Notes under the pieces: model-generated
The model's input: the letters and a program-made list of their open reading frames with translations, nothing else
Told to the model about the DNA's origin: nothing
Database searches by the model: none
Program-made: the position numbers and the translations under genes
In this document: piece by piece, positions 58,228 through 64,000 of the stretch
How positions within the stretch are numbered: position 1 is the stretch's first letter
How the letters are laid out: each line of letters opens with the position of its first letter
Assembly (NCBI GenBank): GCA_051294375.1
Contig: CM119268.1
Span: forward strand, 306,415-370,414
Length of the DNA stretch: 64,000 nt
DNA from: Paraspadella gotoi
Taxonomy: Eukaryota; Animalia; Chaetognatha
Direction of reading: 5' to 3'

Positions 58228-58544
58228 TGGACTCAGCGGAAAAAATATGACCGGGCCGTATTTTTTTTTTTTTTCTTTCCTCTTTTTGTTTACAAACAAA
58301 TTAGTTCTCTTTTATTTTTAAACATTTCACTGCAGAAGGTCCTTGTCGTCGTCGTCGTCGTCGTCGTCTTGGTTAGTGATTTTTATGAAATATCAAAAGA
58401 TCTCAGGACAACAGATCCCTCATCATCATGTTATATTTTAATGATTATTCCAATCCGTGTTAAATAATAAATTGCGTGCGTTTTAAGCATGTATTTAAAA
58501 AATAATAAATATATTTTTAAAAGAAAAGAGAGAGAGAGAGAGAT

Positions 58545-58578
<34 letters not shown>

Positions 58579-58616
58579 AGAGTGAAATTAAAAATTTACG
58601 TTCCTATTTTTTATCT

Positions 58617-58796
58617 AATATATATTTTTAAAACATTTTCACAACTTTTTTGAAAATTGTTTGTTAAAATGTTACTTAGTTAAAATTCGTATCAATATCT
58701 TACTTTCTTTTTAAATACGTTTTTCCTGTACAACGAAACACGAAAATGACGATGACGACGATGACGACGACGACGACAACGACAACGACAATGACG

Positions 58797-58833
<37 letters not shown>

Positions 58834-58976
58834 AGACGACGACACGACAAAAACAACGACAACGACAACGGCGACGACGACGACGACGACGGCTGGGTTT
58901 TAATTTAACCCTTTTTTGCCTGAGGCTTAAAGGGTAAGGACTCGATGGTTGGTTAGTTCGTGAGGTGAGTAGAGAA

Positions 58977-59059
<83 letters not shown>

Positions 59060-59367
59060 ATAAAGCGAGATGTAGAGTGAGTGATAGTGAGATTTCCACT
59101 TTATTTTTTCTTATCTCTCCCTCATCATTTATCATCTCTCCCTCTCTTTTTTCCTATCTCTCCTTCTCTATTTTCCTCTCTCTCTCCCAAAACTTTTTTC
59201 CTATCTTTCCCTCATCTTTTTGCTATGTCTCCCTCTCGGTTTTTCCTAACTCTTTCTCTTTTTTCCTGCTCTCTCCTCTCTATTACTCTCTGATAGCACC
59301 GATCTTTTCTCTGGTCCTGCTTATCTCCTACAAACTTGACGTCCATCAACTTTTTCCCCGGGGATTT

Positions 59368-59445
<78 letters not shown>

Positions 59446-59595
59446 TCAATAAAAAGTGTAGAAAATCAGTGAAAGAGGAATTAATGCAAAAAGTAAAATG
59501 ACTGACTTGTATATATGTTATATACGTACAAAAAGTAGAAATAAAATTGACGCAACGAAAATAAGAGAAGGAGAAGAAAGAGAGAGAGAGAAAAC

Positions 59596-59675
<80 letters not shown>

Positions 59676-60858
59676 AATCACGAAATCCAATATTAGGTTT
59701 TATCTTTCCTTTTTTTACTCTTCGTCTCTCACATTCTTTTACTCTCTCTCTCACCTCTTCTCTCTCTCTCCTCTCTCTCTCTTTTCTCACCCCAAACAGC
59801 AGGGACGCATAAATCGTGAGAGAATAAAAGAAAAGATAAAAAGAAAAAAGTTATTAAAAGAAAGAAAAAAAATATAAAAAAGAAACGGAAAAGAGAAAAA
59901 TAAAATAAAGGAAAAAATTAATAAAATAATCAAATTATAAAAAAAGGTTGAAATAACAGAAAACACAAAGAAAAGAAAATTCGGAAATCTTTTGGATACT
60001 ATCGATGGAATGTATTCTTAAACTCGTAACTTGTTTGGGTTATCATGACTTAATAATATGTTAAAACAATCGTAGAAAGAATTTTATTTTCCAAGATTTA
60101 TTCCCTTTTTACGACATGAAACAATTTAAATAATGTTTACTGTATTACTTTATTAGCATTATTATTTTTTTCTCTCCTCCTTTTAAACCCATTTTCCAGA
60201 CTTATGTATGAATGTTTTGTTTGTTTTTTGTACTGAATCAACTCTTGTTGCATTCAATAAAAACGCTTATATTAGCAATGAGAAAAGTTTTAATCGTCAA
60301 AACTGTTTTAAAATTACAAACAAAAATTCAAAATGGAGAAGAAATTGAAAAAAAAATAATACAAAATTCTGACTAAAAATAAAAATAAAATATACGACGA
60401 AAACATTTTTTAAAATATTCTCCCTTTTTTTCATTTCTTACTGCCTATAACCATTAAAAAAAAAATTCAACGATGTAACTATGAGAAAAATCCTCCGTAT
60501 TAGCATTTAGCATTAGTGTATGAATTCAAACAAAAAACCCCCGCTCATCAGTTTAAAATTACTCTTTGCCAGAGTTTTTTTTTTTTTCTCAATTATATTT
60601 TTCTCTTTCTGTCATCTCTTTCATCTCTTTCTCTTTCTATCTCTTCTCTCTCTTTCGTTTCAAATATCGTTTTTCTAATATTTTTTATACTTTTGAGAAC
60701 AGAAAAGTCGTAGTTTGTAGAAAACACTTGGCGATTTTGAATTAATTTTAAATTTGTTTGACTTTAGAATTTAAATCGTTGTACTGTTCGCGAGCTCCTT
60801 GACTGAGGAAAAAATCGTGGAAAAACGTGCGAACAGAGAGAGAAGAGAGAGGAGAGAG

Positions 60859-60924
<66 letters not shown>

Positions 60925-61026
60925 AGAGAAGGAGACTGAAACAGATGAGCAACAATGAAAGGGAAAAAACAGCAGCGTCGACGTCGAGAGAAAAAAAGAT
61001 TCGGGGGAAAAAGACGACGACGACGA

Positions 61027-61071
<45 letters not shown>

Positions 61072-61377
61072 TACGACGACGACTACGACGACGACGACGA
61101 CGACGACAACGACGACGACGACGACTACGACGACGACGACGAGACATGGGAGGAATATTCACGTAGACGCGAAACGATGAGAGGAGGAGGACGAGGAGGA
61201 GGAAGAAGCGAGGAGGAGGAGAAGAGGAAGAAGGAGGAAAGGAGGAAGGAAAGGAGAAAAAAGGGGAGAAACCGACGACGACGACGACGACGACGACGAC
61301 GAAGGAGATGAATACTGGGGAAGATACCAAGGACACGACGACGCCAGCATCACGTGACCATACTCTCTCTTCTCTCT

Positions 61378-61451
<74 letters not shown>

Positions 61452-61559
61452 NNNNNNNNNNNNNNNNNNNNNNNNNAGAGAGAGAGAGAGAGAGAGAGTA
61501 TGGTCACGTGATTGCTGGCGTCGTCGTGTCCTTGGTATCGTCCCCAGTATTCATCTCCT

Positions 61560-61596
<37 letters not shown>

Positions 61597-63202
61597 TTCC
61601 TCCCCTTTTTTCTCCTTTCCTTTCCTCCTTTCCTCCTTCTTCCTCTTCCTCCTCCTCCTTCTTCCTCCTCCTCGTCCTCCTCCTCTTCATCGTTTCGCGT
61701 CTACGTGAATATTCCTCCCCATGTCTCGTCGTCGTCGTCGNNNNNNNNNNNNNNNNNNNNNNNNNNNNNNNNNNNNNNNNNNNNNNNNNNNNNNNNNNNN
61801 NNNNNNNNNNNNNNNNNNNNNNNNNNNNNNNNNNNNNNNNNNNNNNNNNNNNNNNNNNNNNNNNNNNNNNNNNNNNNNNNNNNNNNNNNNNNNNNNNNNN
61901 NNNNNNNNNNNNNNNNNNNNNNNNNNNNNNNNNNNNNNNNNNNNNNNNNNNNNNNNNNNNNNNNNNNNNNNNNNNNNNNNNNNNNNNNNNNNNNNNNNNN
62001 NNNNNNNNNNNNNNNNNNNNNNNNNNNNTCTCGTTCGCACGTTTTTCCACGATTTTTTTCCTTCGAGTCAAGGAGCTCGCGAACAGTAACAACGAATTTA
62101 AAATTCTAAAGTCAAACAAATAAAATTTAATTCAAAATCGCCAAGTGTTTTCTACAAACTACGACTTTTCTGTTCTCAAAAGTTATAAAAATATTAGAAA
62201 AACGATATTTGAAACGAAAGAGAGAGAAAGAGATAGAAAGAGAAAGAGATAGAAAGAGAATGACAGAAAGAGAAAAATATGAATTGAGAAATAAAAAGAA
62301 AATCTGAGCAAAGAGTAATTTTAAACTGATGAGCGGGGTTTTTTTGTTTGAATTCATACACTAAATGCTAAATGCTAAATACCGGAGGATTTTTCTCATA
62401 GTTACATCGTTGAAATTTTTTTTAATGGTTTATAGGCAGTAAGAAATGAAAAAAAGGGAAGAATAATTTTAAAAAATGTTTTCGTCGTATATTTTATTTT
62501 TTATTTTTAGTCAGAAATTTTGTATTATTTTTTTTTCAAATTTCTTCTCCATTTTGAATTTTTGTTTGTAATTTTAAAACAGTTTTTGACGATTTAAAAC
62601 TTTTCTCATTGCTAATATAAGCGTTTTTATTGGAATGCAACAAGGTTGATTCAGTACAAAAAACAAACAAAANNNNNNNNNNNNNNNNNNNNNNNNNNNN
62701 NNNNNNNNNNNNNNNNNNNNNNNNNNNNNNNNNNNNNNNNNNNNNNNNNNNNNNNNNNNNNNNNNNNNNNNNNNNNNNNNNNNNNNNNNNNNNNNNNNNN
62801 NNNNNNNNNNNNNNNNNNNNNNNNNNNNNNNNNNNNNNNNNNNNNNNNNNNNNNNNNNNNNNNNNNNNNNNNNNNNNNNNNNNNNNNNNNNNNNNNNNNN
62901 NNNNNNNNNNNNNNNATTGTTAAACATAGTTATTAAGTCATGATAACCAAACAAGTTACGAAGTTTAAGAATACATTCCCATCGATAGTATCCAAAGATT
63001 TCCCGAATTTTCTTTTCTTTGTGTTTCTGTTATTTCAACCTTTTTTTATTTAATTTGATTATTTTAATTAATTTTGTTCCTTTATTTTATTTTTCTCTTT
63101 TCCGTTTCTTTTTTATATTTTTTCTTTCTTTTATTAACTTTTTTCTTTTTATCTTTTCTTTTATTCTCTCACGATTTATGCGTCCCTGCTGTTTGGGGTG
63201 AG

Positions 63203-63235
<33 letters not shown>

Positions 63236-64000
63236 NNNNNNNNNNNNNNNNNNNNNTCTCTCTCTCTCTCTCTCTCTCTCTCTAAAATCCCCGGGGAAAA
63301 AGTTGATGGACGTCAAGTTTGTAGGAGATAAGGCAGGACCAGAGAAAAGATACGGTGCTATCAAGAGAAGAATAGAGAGGGAGAGAGAGGAAAAAAGAGA
63401 AAGAGTTAGGAAAAACGAGAGGGAGACATAGCAAAAAGAGAGGGAAAGATAGGAAAAAAGTTTGGGAGAGAGAGAGGAAAATAGAGAAGGAGAGATAGGA
63501 AAAAAGAGAGGGAGAGATGATAAAATGAGAGGGAGAGATAAGAAAAAATAAAAGTGGAAATCTCACTATCACTCACTCTACATCTCGCTTTATTTATCTC
63601 TCTCTCTCTCTCTCTCTCTCTNNNNNNNNNNNNNNNNNNNNNNNNNNNNNNNNNNNNNNNNNNNNNNNNNNNNNNNNNNNNNNNNNNNNNNNNNNNNNNN
63701 NNNNNNNNNNNNNNNNNNNNNNNNNNNNNNNNNNNNNNNNNNNNNNNNNNNNNNNNNNNNNNNNNNNNNNNNNNNNNNNNNNNNNNNNNNNNNNNNNNNN
63801 NNNNNNNNNNNNNNNNNNNNNNNNNNNNNNNNNNNNNNNNCGTCGTCGTCGTCATCGTCGTCATCGTCATTTTCGTGTTCGTTGTACAGGAAAAACGTAT
63901 TTAAAAAAGAAAGTAAGAATATTGAACGAATTTTTAACTAAGTAACATTTTAACAAACAATTTTCAAAAAAGTTGTGAAAATGTTTTAAAAATATATATT
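58617..64000. repeat. >5-kb palindrome centred on gap 61452-61476, running off the window
   Basis: For example, 58617-58750 is the reverse complement of 63860-64000, and 61160-61365 is the reverse complement of 61495-61735. Confidence 0.85.

Overview
AT-rich metazoan-type draft genomic sequence with spliceosomal introns, (TTAGGG)n telomeric repeats, many microsatellites and N-gaps. Three spliced protein genes can be reconstructed by hand. (1) A 6-coding-exon zinc MDR alcohol dehydrogenase (14771-18083, +) whose substrate pocket looks class-I-like rather than class-III-like. (2) A 3-coding-exon, ~1681-aa gene (25768-20474, -) that fuses an XK-related (XKR/CED-8 scramblase family) membrane domain to an ankyrin-like segment, an IRE1/RNase L-like pseudokinase, a KEN-like RNase domain and a coiled coil; this is the most unusual feature in the window. 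(3) A 7-exon SLC16/MCT-like MFS transporter (36529-40561, +) in which the best splice model creates a TGA at an exon junction. The XK fusion gene lies about 2.5-4 kb from interrupted (TTAGGG)n arrays that end in a 100-N gap. The rest is repeats: DINE-1/HINE-like elements, a TA-flanked foldback MITE, tRNA-derived SINE-like heads, Penelope-type minimal hammerhead motifs, minisatellites, and two multi-kb palindromes that are probably assembly or amplification artefacts. All homology calls come from motif recognition by eye; no searches were run.
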